Made by a program: the position numbers and the translations under genes
Source of the DNA: a virus
Taxonomy: Duplodnaviria; Caudoviricetes
Length of the DNA stretch: 64,000 bases
Reading direction: 5' to 3' (one strand)
Virus record (IMG/VR): IMGVR_UViG_3300032373_000001
Shown: positions 1-9,501 of the stretch, in pieces
How the letters are laid out: each line of letters opens with the position of its first letter
Numbering within the stretch: the first letter of the stretch is position 1
Notes under the pieces: model-generated
The model's database searches: none
Told to the model about the DNA's origin: nothing
The model's input: the letters and a program-made list of their open reading frames with translations, nothing else

Positions 1-178
1 GTTGGGTAACCGAGCGGTCCAAGTTGTCCAACTTGGCCGAGAAGTCCCTCCGCAGAGAAGAGACCTCCGAGCTCTGTTGGGTCACCAAGTGCTTCTGGGA
101 CTCCAAGAGCGCAGTGATCGAATCGGCCAAGTGAGACATAGAGGTGTCCAGCCGCACCAAAATGTCGCGCTCAGTCAT
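1..178 (-). CDS. Partial small coiled-coil hypothetical protein (runs off the window start)
   Basis: ATG at 178 on the minus strand reads MTERDILVRLDTSMSHLADSITALLESQKHLVTQQSSEVSSLRRDFSAKLDNLDRSVTQ with no stop before position 1. Heptad-like pattern. Confidence 0.6.
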   Translation of the reverse strand, partial: MTERDILVRLDTSMSHLADSITALLESQKHLVTQQSSEVSSLRRDFSAKLDNLDRSVTQ

Positions 179-233
179 CTGCGCTGTGCGATGCTCTTCC
201 AAGTCGGCCCCCTCAGAGGAGGCCGGCGATAGG

Positions 234-806
234 TCAGCGACCGGCGTAGAGCTCGACCCTCAAGAGGAACTGCTTGAAAGCCTCGTCCGGGACCCACCCA
301 GCGCCAGCGAACTCTTCCTGGGGCAGGGGGTCCGGGATATTCCCCCAGAGCTCTGGGATCGGCCTGCCTCGGAGGTACTCGCGCTCCGTGCTGAGCAGGA
401 GGTTGTCCACCCAGATCAAATCCTCGGTCATCCCCGGAGGCAACCCGCGCCACTCCCAGACCAGGTCCTGAACCTTGGCTTCCAGAGTGTAGTAGGCATC
501 CTTGATGCCCGGGAAGCGCTTCAGCGGTCGGGGGATGTCCACCAAGACATACTCAGACCCATCGTGGAACAGGAACTTGTGCGCCATCTCTTCATCGCCG
601 TAGCGCTGGAGGATGTAGTCGTGCCCTCGCACGGAGTGTTCCGCGACGGAGTAGAAGCGGTGCAGGTGACCGGCGAAGCGGCACTGGTTGCTCAGCGCGC
701 GAGCCATGCCGAAGAGGTCCAGCATCTCGATCCTCGGATCGAGAAAGTCGAAGGCAGTTGCATCGATGGTTTCGATGGTGCAGTGACTCGGTTCGATGTA
801 TGGCAA
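234..806 (-). CDS. HD-domain phosphohydrolase (YfbR-like 5'-deoxynucleotidase type)
   Basis: Motifs ALSNQCRFAGH, FYSVAEHSV and LFHDGSEYVLVDIPRPLK. TTG start with GGGAGG upstream. Confidence 0.8.
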   Translation of the reverse strand: MPYIEPSHCTIETIDATAFDFLDPRIEMLDLFGMARALSNQCRFAGHLHRFYSVAEHSVRGHDYILQRYGDEEMAHKFLFHDGSEYVLVDIPRPLKRFPGIKDAYYTLEAKVQDLVWEWRGLPPGMTEDLIWVDNLLLSTEREYLRGRPIPELWGNIPDPLPQEEFAGAGWVPDEAFKQFLLRVELYAGR

Positions 807-808
807 AG

Positions 809-838
809 GGTCCTCCCAGTCGGCCGACTGGGAGGACC
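809..838. repeat. Perfect 30-bp palindrome (terminator and/or RBS-sequestering hairpin)
   Basis: ggtcctcccagtcgg|ccgactgggaggacc, lying between the sheath stop and the HD gene start. Confidence 0.9.
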
Positions 839-869
839 GTACCCCTTAAACACACATCCAACCAAACAC

Positions 870-3800
870 TCAGGTCAGACTGCTCCGCAAAGAGAAGCGG
901 AGGATGACGTACAGAAGGGGAAGAACCGGCGCATAGGCAGCCTGCGCTTCCACCGCAGTAGGGTCGTCCGGGGAGGGATTCGCCTCGACCCCGGCGTAGC
1001 CCTGAATGATCTGAGCCTTCTGGAGGCTGTCCAGAGTCTTCTGGAGCTGACTGGCGATCTGGGAGGTGATCCCCGCCAGGAACTTGTTGCCGGTGAACCC
1101 ATCCAGGGTCGAACGGCTCTGGCGCTGGACCTCGTCAGCGATAGCGATGACCGTTGGCAGCTTGGTCAGGGGGCCGGACATGTCCGTCGTCAGGCCTTGG
1201 CGGCAGAAGATCCGGTTACGCTCTTGGGTCATGACCGTGACACCGCGAACCGCAACCTGGTTCTGCTGGACCGGGTCCAAGACCCGAGCGATCTCATCGA
1301 ACGCGAAGACCTGGCGGCGCGTCCAGGGAGTTGCGACGTCGATGGAAGGGTTCGCCCTGGCTCCTGCCCAGGCCGCTGCCATGTAGCCGCCATCCACCAG
1401 GTAGGAATCCGAAGTGCCGTCCCCATTGTCCAGGGTGAGCGTGTAGATGTCTGGGTAGAGGAAGCGGAAGCGGGACCGACCGATCGCCTCTGCAGAGTTC
1501 CCGGCCTCTTGGGGTTGGGTTCCAGCGCTGAACCCTGCGAGGGCAGTACGCTCCGCGCGGAAGCGGATCGAGCTCTGGACGTCGCAGTGCAGAGCCATCT
1601 GCTCGTACAGGGCCTGGGAATCCGTCTTGAGCGCCGTGATGTAGTTCAGGAAAGCGCCACCGGGCAGCGGACCCTCAACATCTCCCAGGGCAGTCAGGTA
1701 GGCTGCCGTCGAGGCAGAGTCATTGACGCCATCACCGTCGGTGTCGGTGTCCCGCTGGACCTGACGGAGAGCCAAGATGACCGCCCCATTGTTCAGCGCC
1801 AAGTAGGACGCGAGACTCAGGGGGTTCTGAGTCCCGATCGAACCGTAGGCTGCCACGATCGTTGCTTGGCGGGTGAATAGCTGGGTGGCGTAGACCTGCT
1901 TGGCGTAGTCGTAGGTGGCGTAGTAGAGGTCCCCGATGTCCGGCTCGTTGCCGCCCCGATCGTAGGTCTCCACGATCCCGGTGTCCCCATCAGTCACCCC
2001 CAGCGTGTTGCTGACGATGACCTCAGCACCCGGAACCACACGCGAGGGGAGGTTGGCATCAGCAGTAGCCGCCGCCCGCACGGTGAAGGTGAAGGTTGCC
2101 GCTGCCGGGTAGCTGGTGCCGCCTTCCCGCTCCAGGAGGGTGAAGGTGAGGCCAGTGACCGCATCGCGGTAGGTCTGGCCGACCTGACCATCCTGACCGG
2201 TGCCCGAGTTGAGCACCGAGGTGTTCGCAGTACCGGAGCCAGTCACGATGTCCGAGCTGGTGACGTAGAAGCCTTCGAGGGCATCCTCACCAGTGCCGCC
2301 CTCACCTCCTGTGACTCCCAGGCCCGTTCCCGGAAGGGTGACGGAGGCGGTCGCAGCAACAGCAATCGCGACCGAGGAGGAAGTCCCGGCCCCTGCTGTG
2401 CCCTGACTCTGGATGTAGAGGTACGCAGCGTTGGCCGAATCCCGCACCGTCTTGGCAAGCGCTTCTGCTGCGAAGTAGGTTGCCGTGGGGCTGCCCCAGC
2501 TCAAGAGCGAAGCAGAGAGCGTTGCTCCAGAATGGGCCATCAAGGCCGAGACCAAGACCTCGACGCTCACATCGGTACGCTGGAAGACATCACCGCCAGA
2601 AAGCCCCAGGACGCTGTTGGCCGAGCCCGTGCCGAGCACGATGGTAGCCGACGATGCTGAACTGGCTCCCCGAAGCCGGAAGCCTGCACCCTCTTGGGTC
2701 AGGGTAGCGGTGGAGCTCGCTGCGGTCAGCGCTGCCTGAACCTGGGCGAGGACCGTGTTGGCCACCCCGACAGGACCCAGCGGGACATCAGCAGAGCCCC
2801 CCGAAGCAATGGCGGTGCCCGTAGCATCCGCGAACTCAACGGTGATCGGGGTGCCCTCGATCGTGAGCTGGAGGACGTTGTTCTGGGCGGTGGTTCCGCC
2901 GGCAGCGTAGAAGGTGACCAGCGGCTGACCGTCCCGAGCATCACCGTAGGTAGCAGTCGGGACCTGACCGCCGCTGAGACCGACGAGGCCCCGAACGGTG
3001 GGAGACTTGATAGTGGCCTGGGTTCCGGCCTGACCCAGCTCGTTGGGGGTGAGCCCCGCCTGGGTAGCGCCAGTCCCGCCGAGAACCTCCAGTTGAGTCA
3101 GGTCGAGGATGTCCTGGCCGTCGAGCGAGCCGCCGTTGCCGGGAACCAGCCGGTTCCGCAGGACGAGCCGATCGTTCAAGGTCGGAGTGTCACCCAGCGT
3201 GTAGAGCCGGGCGACGTCGGAGTTGACCAACTTGGCCTGGGCACCCTGGGCCCCGGCCGTCGGGAGACCGGCCAAGACCGCGAAGTCAACCGCAGTGGAA
3301 GCCCCGGCGACGAACTCCAAGAAGCCGCCGCCAGTGTCGGTCGGGTCGACCGTCAGCGCGAAAGTGAGGCGACCAGAGGAATCCGACCCGACCGCCACTG
3401 CGATGTCGATACCAGCCGCAGTGATTGCGGCATCCATCGCAGTTTGAACAGCCGTCGCCAGGGCCGAGACCGAGGCGTAGGTGCCAGCAGCGATGACGTT
3501 GCCGGCCGTCAGGCTGACCGGGGTCGAAGCGACCGTCGTGCCCGTGTAGTTCAGGACCAAAGCATCGTACTCACCCGCCGTGATCGTGACCGGGGCCAGG
3601 AACCGGGTGGAAGACTTGATGACAGGAACAGCGTCGGGGTCGTGGATGTGGTAGGTGTCAGTGACGACAGGAGCACCACTGAAGTTGACTCCGACCGTCG
3701 CCACCTTGGTGGTACCATCGTAGTCGGTGATGGTGCGGACATCACCGTTGGCCAGACCCGCCGTCGGGCGAACGGTCCAACCGATGTAGTAATCATCGAT

Positions 3801-6059
3801 GTCCGAAGCAGTCGCTGCCAGGGTGATGCTTCCGAGGGCACCGCCCTGGGCCGCTGCGAACTCCCCGAGAGATGCCCGGTTGATCGCTCGAACATAGGAG
3901 GCAGCAGTCGCCGTCGCAGAAGAGTCTGCCTTGGCCTGGATCAAGACCCCATCGATCTCCAGGTCGATGTCCCGGTTGGTTGAGTCGATGTCGTAGGTGG
4001 TGCCGCCCGAGTCCGCATCGTAGGAGACCACGTCCCCTACCAACTGACCGCTGAAGCCTGTCCCCGTAGCAGCCGGGTTGCTGAGCTTGACGAAGCCGCC
4101 CGCCAACGCAGAGCCGTCCACCTCGATGTCGAAGTTCTCCGAGGCCCCGGAGACCATGTAGTAAGGTCCGGAGCTGGGAACCGTGTAGGCCCCCAGCGTG
4201 GCACCTTGACTGGCGAAGGTGACGGTGACATCTTCCTCGACACCACCCGTGAACACTGAGGCGCTGAACGGGCTTTCGAAGCGGGCGTCGGGGTCCGACT
4301 CGCTACCGGAGGGGAACTGAAGGGTGATGGTCGCCAGCGCCGCAGACTTGCTGCCGAAGCGAGGGGTGTAGAGGGTGTTGCCATCCTCATCCTGCACCGA
4401 ATAGGTTCCGACGCCGCTGCCACCCGCAGACTCCGACGTGAAGGTGTAGTCCGCGTCCTGGAGGGTGCTGTAGTAGAAGGTGGCGTAGACGCTCGCACCG
4501 ACCGGGACCGGCTCACTCAGGGTGATCTGGTTGGTGGCAGCTTCAACACGGGTGACAGCAACACGACCGCGATTGACCGCATCGCTGAGGCTGTAGCCCC
4601 AGTAGGCGAAGACGAGGTCCGGTCGGTTGGTCGGCAGGTCCACGCGACCGTTGCTGACCTCGCTGAAAGTAGTGGTGTCCAGCGGAGAGTTGCGACCGTT
4701 CCCGGTGGTGGCTGTCAGCGGGAGGGTGAACGTGGTGCGGCTCTCGACCGGAGGCGAGACCGTTTGGTTCACCACTGCCGCGCACTCAGCCAAGTACTGG
4801 CGAGCATCGACCAGCGTCGAGCTGATCTGGTTGGAGCCGAAGGCCGTCCCGCCGACCGTCAGCTCGCCCTGCTCGACCAGCGTTGCCGCACCCCAGAGGA
4901 TGCGGTCCTCCTTGAGGACGTAGTCGGTGCCGTTGATGTAGTCGGTGCGATCTGGAGTCAGACCCACACGGGTGATCTCAGTGACTCCGATGTTCTCCAG
5001 GTAGTCGAAGGTGTCCTGCCAGGAGTTGAAGAAGTACTGGATGGTAACCGTTGCGCCCACTTCCGGAGCGAAGGGGAGAGTGACGGCACGAGTCTGACCA
5101 TCGACCGCAGTCGGGATCACCTGGGTGCCGTTAACCTTCACGGTCACGTCCGCAGTGTCAGTCGTGGTCACACCACCGTTGCTGCCATCGACAATCGGGC
5201 CTTGGAAGGTGTAGAAGACCTTGTTGCGGCTGGTGCCGTTGCCCTGCGTCAGGCCAAGCGTGGTGTTCGCGGTGCCCGCACCCACATCGACGTCGCGGTC
5301 TGCCGTGAGAAGCAGGACCGTTTGGCCGAAGGAGTTCTCCGCCGAGGAAGCAACGAGGCTGGTCCCAGTCGCAGCGGCGTTGATGAACGCCGCCACCTGT
5401 GCAGCAGTCCACCCGCCCGAGGGGCTCTCGGAGATGGCGACCGAGACTGCGTCCGTCGAATCGACAGTGAGCAGGAGGGTGTCGTTGACGTCCGTGGTGA
5501 TGGTGTAGTTCTGACCGACCTCCCCATAGATCGTGGGGGCATCGGGGGCGACCTGATCGCTCACCGTGTCGGTGATCAGGGTGTCGGTGCGGTTGAAGAA
5601 GTAGGTGACCCGGACCTCATCGGTCGCCTCGGGGGTGACGCTGATGCGAAGAACACCGCTGGCACCATCGATGGACAGGACGGCAACAGGCGACCCGTTG
5701 ACGGTGACATTGACACTGCCGGCGGTGGTCGCAGTAACGCCTGCGCCAGTGCCAGTGACGATCGGATAGTTGCGGACCTGGAGGCGGTCCAAGGTCCCAT
5801 CAAAGTTGCCGAGCGTGGCCTGCCCTGCGTTCGAGATGGAGACGACTGCACGTCCGGTCTCGTCTTCCTGCACGACCCGCTGATCGACGTTCGAGGAAGA
5901 GCCCCGAACCAGCTCCAACGCATCCCGCGTGAGGCTCTCGACAGCTTCGCCCATGAACAGAGGAATCCTCAGCGCAGCGGCGATGCCCTGGAGCGGAGAC
6001 TCCTGATTCGTCTCGGTGTAGACGCCTGGAGGGGCGTAAATTTGTCCGGGAAAAGCCAT
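870..6059 (-). CDS. Contractile tail sheath protein, very large (1729 aa) with inserted beta-rich domains
   Basis: N-terminal YAPPGVYTET motif. C-terminal sheath-like region (ALAGFSAG...YPDIY...AAAWAG...TPWTRRQV...RQGLTT...IAIADEV...DDPTAVEAQAAYAPVLPLLYV). T/G/A/V-rich middle. Confidence 0.85.
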   Translation of the reverse strand: MAFPGQIYAPPGVYTETNQESPLQGIAAALRIPLFMGEAVESLTRDALELVRGSSSNVDQRVVQEDETGRAVVSISNAGQATLGNFDGTLDRLQVRNYPIVTGTGAGVTATTAGSVNVTVNGSPVAVLSIDGASGVLRISVTPEATDEVRVTYFFNRTDTLITDTVSDQVAPDAPTIYGEVGQNYTITTDVNDTLLLTVDSTDAVSVAISESPSGGWTAAQVAAFINAAATGTSLVASSAENSFGQTVLLLTADRDVDVGAGTANTTLGLTQGNGTSRNKVFYTFQGPIVDGSNGGVTTTDTADVTVKVNGTQVIPTAVDGQTRAVTLPFAPEVGATVTIQYFFNSWQDTFDYLENIGVTEITRVGLTPDRTDYINGTDYVLKEDRILWGAATLVEQGELTVGGTAFGSNQISSTLVDARQYLAECAAVVNQTVSPPVESRTTFTLPLTATTGNGRNSPLDTTTFSEVSNGRVDLPTNRPDLVFAYWGYSLSDAVNRGRVAVTRVEAATNQITLSEPVPVGASVYATFYYSTLQDADYTFTSESAGGSGVGTYSVQDEDGNTLYTPRFGSKSAALATITLQFPSGSESDPDARFESPFSASVFTGGVEEDVTVTFASQGATLGAYTVPSSGPYYMVSGASENFDIEVDGSALAGGFVKLSNPAATGTGFSGQLVGDVVSYDADSGGTTYDIDSTNRDIDLEIDGVLIQAKADSSATATAASYVRAINRASLGEFAAAQGGALGSITLAATASDIDDYYIGWTVRPTAGLANGDVRTITDYDGTTKVATVGVNFSGAPVVTDTYHIHDPDAVPVIKSSTRFLAPVTITAGEYDALVLNYTGTTVASTPVSLTAGNVIAAGTYASVSALATAVQTAMDAAITAAGIDIAVAVGSDSSGRLTFALTVDPTDTGGGFLEFVAGASTAVDFAVLAGLPTAGAQGAQAKLVNSDVARLYTLGDTPTLNDRLVLRNRLVPGNGGSLDGQDILDLTQLEVLGGTGATQAGLTPNELGQAGTQATIKSPTVRGLVGLSGGQVPTATYGDARDGQPLVTFYAAGGTTAQNNVLQLTIEGTPITVEFADATGTAIASGGSADVPLGPVGVANTVLAQVQAALTAASSTATLTQEGAGFRLRGASSASSATIVLGTGSANSVLGLSGGDVFQRTDVSVEVLVSALMAHSGATLSASLLSWGSPTATYFAAEALAKTVRDSANAAYLYIQSQGTAGAGTSSSVAIAVAATASVTLPGTGLGVTGGEGGTGEDALEGFYVTSSDIVTGSGTANTSVLNSGTGQDGQVGQTYRDAVTGLTFTLLEREGGTSYPAAATFTFTVRAAATADANLPSRVVPGAEVIVSNTLGVTDGDTGIVETYDRGGNEPDIGDLYYATYDYAKQVYATQLFTRQATIVAAYGSIGTQNPLSLASYLALNNGAVILALRQVQRDTDTDGDGVNDSASTAAYLTALGDVEGPLPGGAFLNYITALKTDSQALYEQMALHCDVQSSIRFRAERTALAGFSAGTQPQEAGNSAEAIGRSRFRFLYPDIYTLTLDNGDGTSDSYLVDGGYMAAAWAGARANPSIDVATPWTRRQVFAFDEIARVLDPVQQNQVAVRGVTVMTQERNRIFCRQGLTTDMSGPLTKLPTVIAIADEVQRQSRSTLDGFTGNKFLAGITSQIASQLQKTLDSLQKAQIIQGYAGVEANPSPDDPTAVEAQAAYAPVLPLLYVILRFSLRSSLT

Positions 6060-6157
6060 GATTCCTCAGTGACCTTGGAAGGTAGTTGAGATGCAGAATG
6101 TCTCCGCAGGGTAACCCCCACGGCACCTACTCCCGGCTATAAACCAGGCACCGGGAT

Positions 6158-6622
6158 CTATTGTCCAGAGGTCTTCGGTGCGGCCTTCTTGGCCTGGGCG
6201 ACCTTGAAGGCCGCATCCCGGTTCTGATTCACCCGGACGCGCTCTTTCTCGGTGATCACGCGATAGTCCCCTTCCTTGGTAGGGATGAGATGGTCCCGCG
6301 TCACAGCCCGCCCGGCCTCCCGCTCGTGGCGAACCCTACGGTCCTTGACCGCGTTCCGCTTTTCGATGTCGACCCACTTCTTCTCGGAATCCCGGCCGAC
6401 CGCCTTGTCGAAGTTCCAGTCATCTGAGGTTCCCGTGTTGGGGGGGAGTGCCCCGCGAACCCCAGCCTTGTGCTTGAATGCGAAAGAAGCCACCGAAGGG
6501 ACCTTCGGCATATCTTCCCCGCACTTCGGACACGGAATAGTAGGGGTCGCCCGAGAGGACAACTTCCAGAGCTTCTCTCGCTTGATTCGGCACTCTCGGC
6601 AGGCGTACTCATAGATCGGCAT
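6158..6622 (-). CDS. FmdB-family zinc-ribbon protein
   Basis: MPIYEYACRECR...CPKCGEDM pattern. Confidence 0.75.
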   Translation of the reverse strand: MPIYEYACRECRIKREKLWKLSSRATPTIPCPKCGEDMPKVPSVASFAFKHKAGVRGALPPNTGTSDDWNFDKAVGRDSEKKWVDIEKRNAVKDRRVRHEREAGRAVTRDHLIPTKEGDYRVITEKERVRVNQNRDAAFKVAQAKKAAPKTSGQ

Positions 6623-6631
6623 GCCCAGACC

Positions 6632-6883
6632 CTACCCGTTGTCCTGAACCCACTCGGCGGCTTCTTCGTAGTCCGTGGACTCGAACGTGGCTCCGGCCAT
6701 CAGCTCGCCGGTCCAGGTGCCCCAACCCATAGAGTAGAGGTAGCCCATGGGACGACCACGCCGGTCCTTGAGAACGTACTGATCACCGTCAACATCCCAG
6801 CGGGAATTGAGGCGCTTCAGGCGCTCGTACACGCTGGCGGTCCGGAGGTTCTCCGCACGAAGGATCTTGGAGAGCTTGTTCAT
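6632..6883 (-). CDS. Hypothetical protein (possible virion protein)
   Basis: 83-aa ORF whose start overlaps the upstream stop. Contains LRTAS. Confidence 0.7.
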   Translation of the reverse strand: MNKLSKILRAENLRTASVYERLKRLNSRWDVDGDQYVLKDRRGRPMGYLYSMGWGTWTGELMAGATFESTDYEEAAEWVQDNG

Positions 6884-7842
6884 GACATTTCCCGGTGAAG
6901 GTTGCGGGTGTACTCCTCAAGGGCTGCACGATACGCTCGACGCCAGCCCTTGTAGAGCGAGTATTCATCGAAGGTGTACCGACCCCGGCTCAGGTCCGAA
7001 ACGGAACCGTCTTGGCCGATACTGAGGAAGCCCAACTCTCCCGGCCAGTAGATGCGGGTGCCGACGCCAGGCTTGTGCCAGACCGTCAACCGATCGGGCC
7101 CCCCGTGCTTCTTGATCAGCCGAGAGAGATCTTCCGCCTTCTGCTTGGCCCCGGCCCGAGCCTCCTGCTCTTGCTGACGGGTTCGCTCCCTGCGCTCTCG
7201 GACCAGCTGCCTGCGAAGGTCATTCAGGCGCTGCTGCACTCGGGGCAGCAGCTTCTTGTGGAAGCCCAGCTCCGACGCTCCCAACCGCTCGATCTGAGCG
7301 ACCAGGGCCTCAATCTCCTCCCCCAAAGACTTTCCCGAAGCCTGGACTGTCTTGGGGGCAGCCAGTTGCTGGAGGAGATACTGATTCTCCTCGTGGGCGT
7401 TGGCGGTCGCCATGATCCAATCATCCAGGCCCAGCGTCATCGCCCCGGCTTCTTTGATGGCGTCGTAGGATTCCTGCAAGAGGTCCTGGAGGTCCTGCTC
7501 GCTCTGAAGTCCCCGGAGCACATGGTCCGCTTCTTGGGACCAACGCTCCATGCTGTACTGAATAAGCTGGCCCTGTAGGCTGAGGCCCACGCCCTCTGCT
7601 CCGAAGTAGCCGACGACCTTCTCTGCGATCTGATCGATCTGCACCTCGACGCTCTCGTAGAGCCTCTGGAACAAGAGGTGGTCGCCATAGAACGAAGGGC
7701 CGCGGACCTGCCAGTGACTGGTCTGGTAGGAGAGGTACATGGCACGGAGCATCCCCAGTATGCGACCGAGGCGTGCCTCGGTCACCGACCTCTGCTCAGG
7801 GGTCGCGCTGAGGTAGGCGCGCTTCTCTTGCTCGAAAGACAT
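6880..7842 (-). CDS. Dps/ferritin-like domain protein with C-terminal extension
   Basis: SHWQVRGPSFYGDHLLFQRLYESVEVQIDQIAEK matches the Dps HWxxxGxxFxxxHxxF...DxxAE ferroxidase pattern. ATG at 7842 follows GGAGG. Confidence 0.75.
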   Translation of the reverse strand: MSFEQEKRAYLSATPEQRSVTEARLGRILGMLRAMYLSYQTSHWQVRGPSFYGDHLLFQRLYESVEVQIDQIAEKVVGYFGAEGVGLSLQGQLIQYSMERWSQEADHVLRGLQSEQDLQDLLQESYDAIKEAGAMTLGLDDWIMATANAHEENQYLLQQLAAPKTVQASGKSLGEEIEALVAQIERLGASELGFHKKLLPRVQQRLNDLRRQLVRERRERTRQQEQEARAGAKQKAEDLSRLIKKHGGPDRLTVWHKPGVGTRIYWPGELGFLSIGQDGSVSDLSRGRYTFDEYSLYKGWRRAYRAALEEYTRNLHREMS

Positions 7843-9023
7843 CAGTCCTCCCAAACCAACTCGCCACCCGACAAAACCTCACCGCCTTTGAGTTCGCGCG
7901 GGAGGCCCACTTCCACAACCGCTGCGAACTTCTGGCGGGCCTGAGCCATGGCCGCAAAACGGTCGGTAGCTCGGACCAGCAGCCAACGGCTGGCCCTCTT
8001 GCCCTCTTCCTCCACCTTGACCTCGACCTCGTAGTTGGAGGTCTCGAGCTCTTGGAGCTCCGAGTTCTCTTCCTGGGTGAACTCGCTTTCCATCCAGGGC
8101 TCGTCAGCGTCTGATGCGTGGGGGCCTGGGACCTCGCTGCCGAGGTCGTTGGGGTCGAAGCCCTCCGCAGCCCCGACCTTCTCCTCGCGGAGGTTTGCCT
8201 TCTTGTCCAGGAAGTCGGGCTTCTTCTCGCCCTTCTCGCCGTCCTTGTCCTTGTCGTTCCCCTTGGGGTTGGGGTTGTCCTCGGAGGTGAACTGATGCTC
8301 CTTCAGGGCATCGGGCACCTTGCCGGCAACCTTCGGGGCGTCCGGATACAAGTCAAAGTAGTGCTTGCTGAACGCGCAGCGGCTGGTCTTCGAGTGTTCC
8401 TTGAGGAATCCCGTGATCCGTTCGTGTCGGTCCGTCTTCTTGGCGCTCAGGGCGAAGACCTGCTCCCCCATGTAGGCGCTGAGATCCGCGACCGAAGCCA
8501 TGCAGAGGCGGGCGGTGTCGGACGGAAAGCCGTACATGCCTCCCGCCAGCTTCTCCTTAGAGGCTTGACGGTGCTTGATATCCTCGGGGAGCTCCTGCAT
8601 GGCAGCGAGGAGGACCTTGGCCGCGAGACCCTTAGAACGCTTGGCGTGAGCCTTCATGAAGGGCAGGGATCGCGCATCCTTCTTGCAGGCATCCTTCGCG
8701 AGCTTCAGGGAGCGCTTCTGGGCACGCTTGACCAGCCGCTCGACGTCCGACTGGGTCTGCTTGGTGTAGCCGTAGAGGCCAGAGGCTGCTGCCTTGGAGG
8801 CGGGCTCAGCTTCCACCGGAGGACCCTCCTTGCGGTGCATCCCCTCTTCGTCGTCCCCGGCCTTCTTGAACTTGTCCTTGTATTCCTGGTTGTGCTGCTC
8901 CCAGGAATCTTGGACGGGCTGAGGCTGCTCGGCGAGCCAAGCCTCAAACTGCTTGCGCCCTTCAGGGCCGGACTCAAACCGCGCGAGGATCTGCTGGCGC
9001 TCGCTGGGGAGGAGAATGCTCAT
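7842..9023 (-). CDS. Hypothetical protein with an internal duplicated domain and an acidic linker
   Basis: 393-aa ORF with AAGGAG upstream. GLYGY...FMKAHAKRS is repeated as GMYGF...FLKEHSKTS. Confidence 0.8.
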   Translation of the reverse strand: MSILLPSERQQILARFESGPEGRKQFEAWLAEQPQPVQDSWEQHNQEYKDKFKKAGDDEEGMHRKEGPPVEAEPASKAAASGLYGYTKQTQSDVERLVKRAQKRSLKLAKDACKKDARSLPFMKAHAKRSKGLAAKVLLAAMQELPEDIKHRQASKEKLAGGMYGFPSDTARLCMASVADLSAYMGEQVFALSAKKTDRHERITGFLKEHSKTSRCAFSKHYFDLYPDAPKVAGKVPDALKEHQFTSEDNPNPKGNDKDKDGEKGEKKPDFLDKKANLREEKVGAAEGFDPNDLGSEVPGPHASDADEPWMESEFTQEENSELQELETSNYEVEVKVEEEGKRASRWLLVRATDRFAAMAQARQKFAAVVEVGLPRELKGGEVLSGGELVWED

Positions 9024-9075
9024 CTCAGGGACTCCTTTTATCAGAGCACCCCAAAGGATAGCCAGGATACTGAGG

Positions 9076-9501
9076 TCAGATCAGGACGTCGTAGCCCACA
9101 TCCCCCGTGATGGTTGCCCCGGCTTCGAGCGTGAATCCGCTGATGGTCTTGTTAGTGACCCGGAACGGGGCGAAGACTCCGGGACTCAGGGCCACACGGT
9201 ACGCGGTCGAGGCCAGAGGGGAGGAGAACGTGACCACCTTAGACGCCTCTGCCGCAAAGCTCAGGGTGCCGTTGATTGCTGTGGTAAGTGCCAAGAGCGT
9301 CTCCACTTGACCCATAGCGGTCGCGATGTCGTCGGCGACTGATTGGGGGATCTGGGTGTAGGGGCTGACCACGAACCCGTAGGGATTCTGGATGTCTCGG
9401 ACGGAGATCACGCCAGCCTGATTGCTCACGATGGTGAACCGATAGAGCTCGCTGGAGGGGCCAGAGTTGTAGGTGAACTCGCTCTGATACAGAGTAGGCA
9501 T
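9076..9501 (-). CDS. Hypothetical beta-rich protein (possibly structural)
   Basis: 141-aa ORF rich in S/T/V/G, coupled to the upstream gene. Confidence 0.7.
   Translation of the reverse strand: MPTLYQSEFTYNSGPSSELYRFTIVSNQAGVISVRDIQNPYGFVVSPYTQIPQSVADDIATAMGQVETLLALTTAINGTLSFAAEASKVVTFSSPLASTAYRVALSPGVFAPFRVTNKTISGFTLEAGATITGDVGYDVLI

Noticed and set aside
234-806. HD protein as DatZ of a 2-aminoadenine (Z) genome, and its internal LDLFG as a clamp tag
   Set aside because: No PurZ or MazZ in the window. The LDLFG falls on the conserved first helix of the HD fold, not in a flexible tail.
870-6059. Sheath as part of a bacterial eCIS or T6SS locus
   Set aside because: The surrounding 60 kb is phage-type replication, modification and early genes with no bacterial housekeeping context.
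144-6089. Long plus-strand ORFs (144-1880, 2694-3983, 4764-6089)
   Set aside because: They are antisense shadows of the sheath gene. High-GC codon bias removes stops on the opposite strand, and the translations have no motifs.
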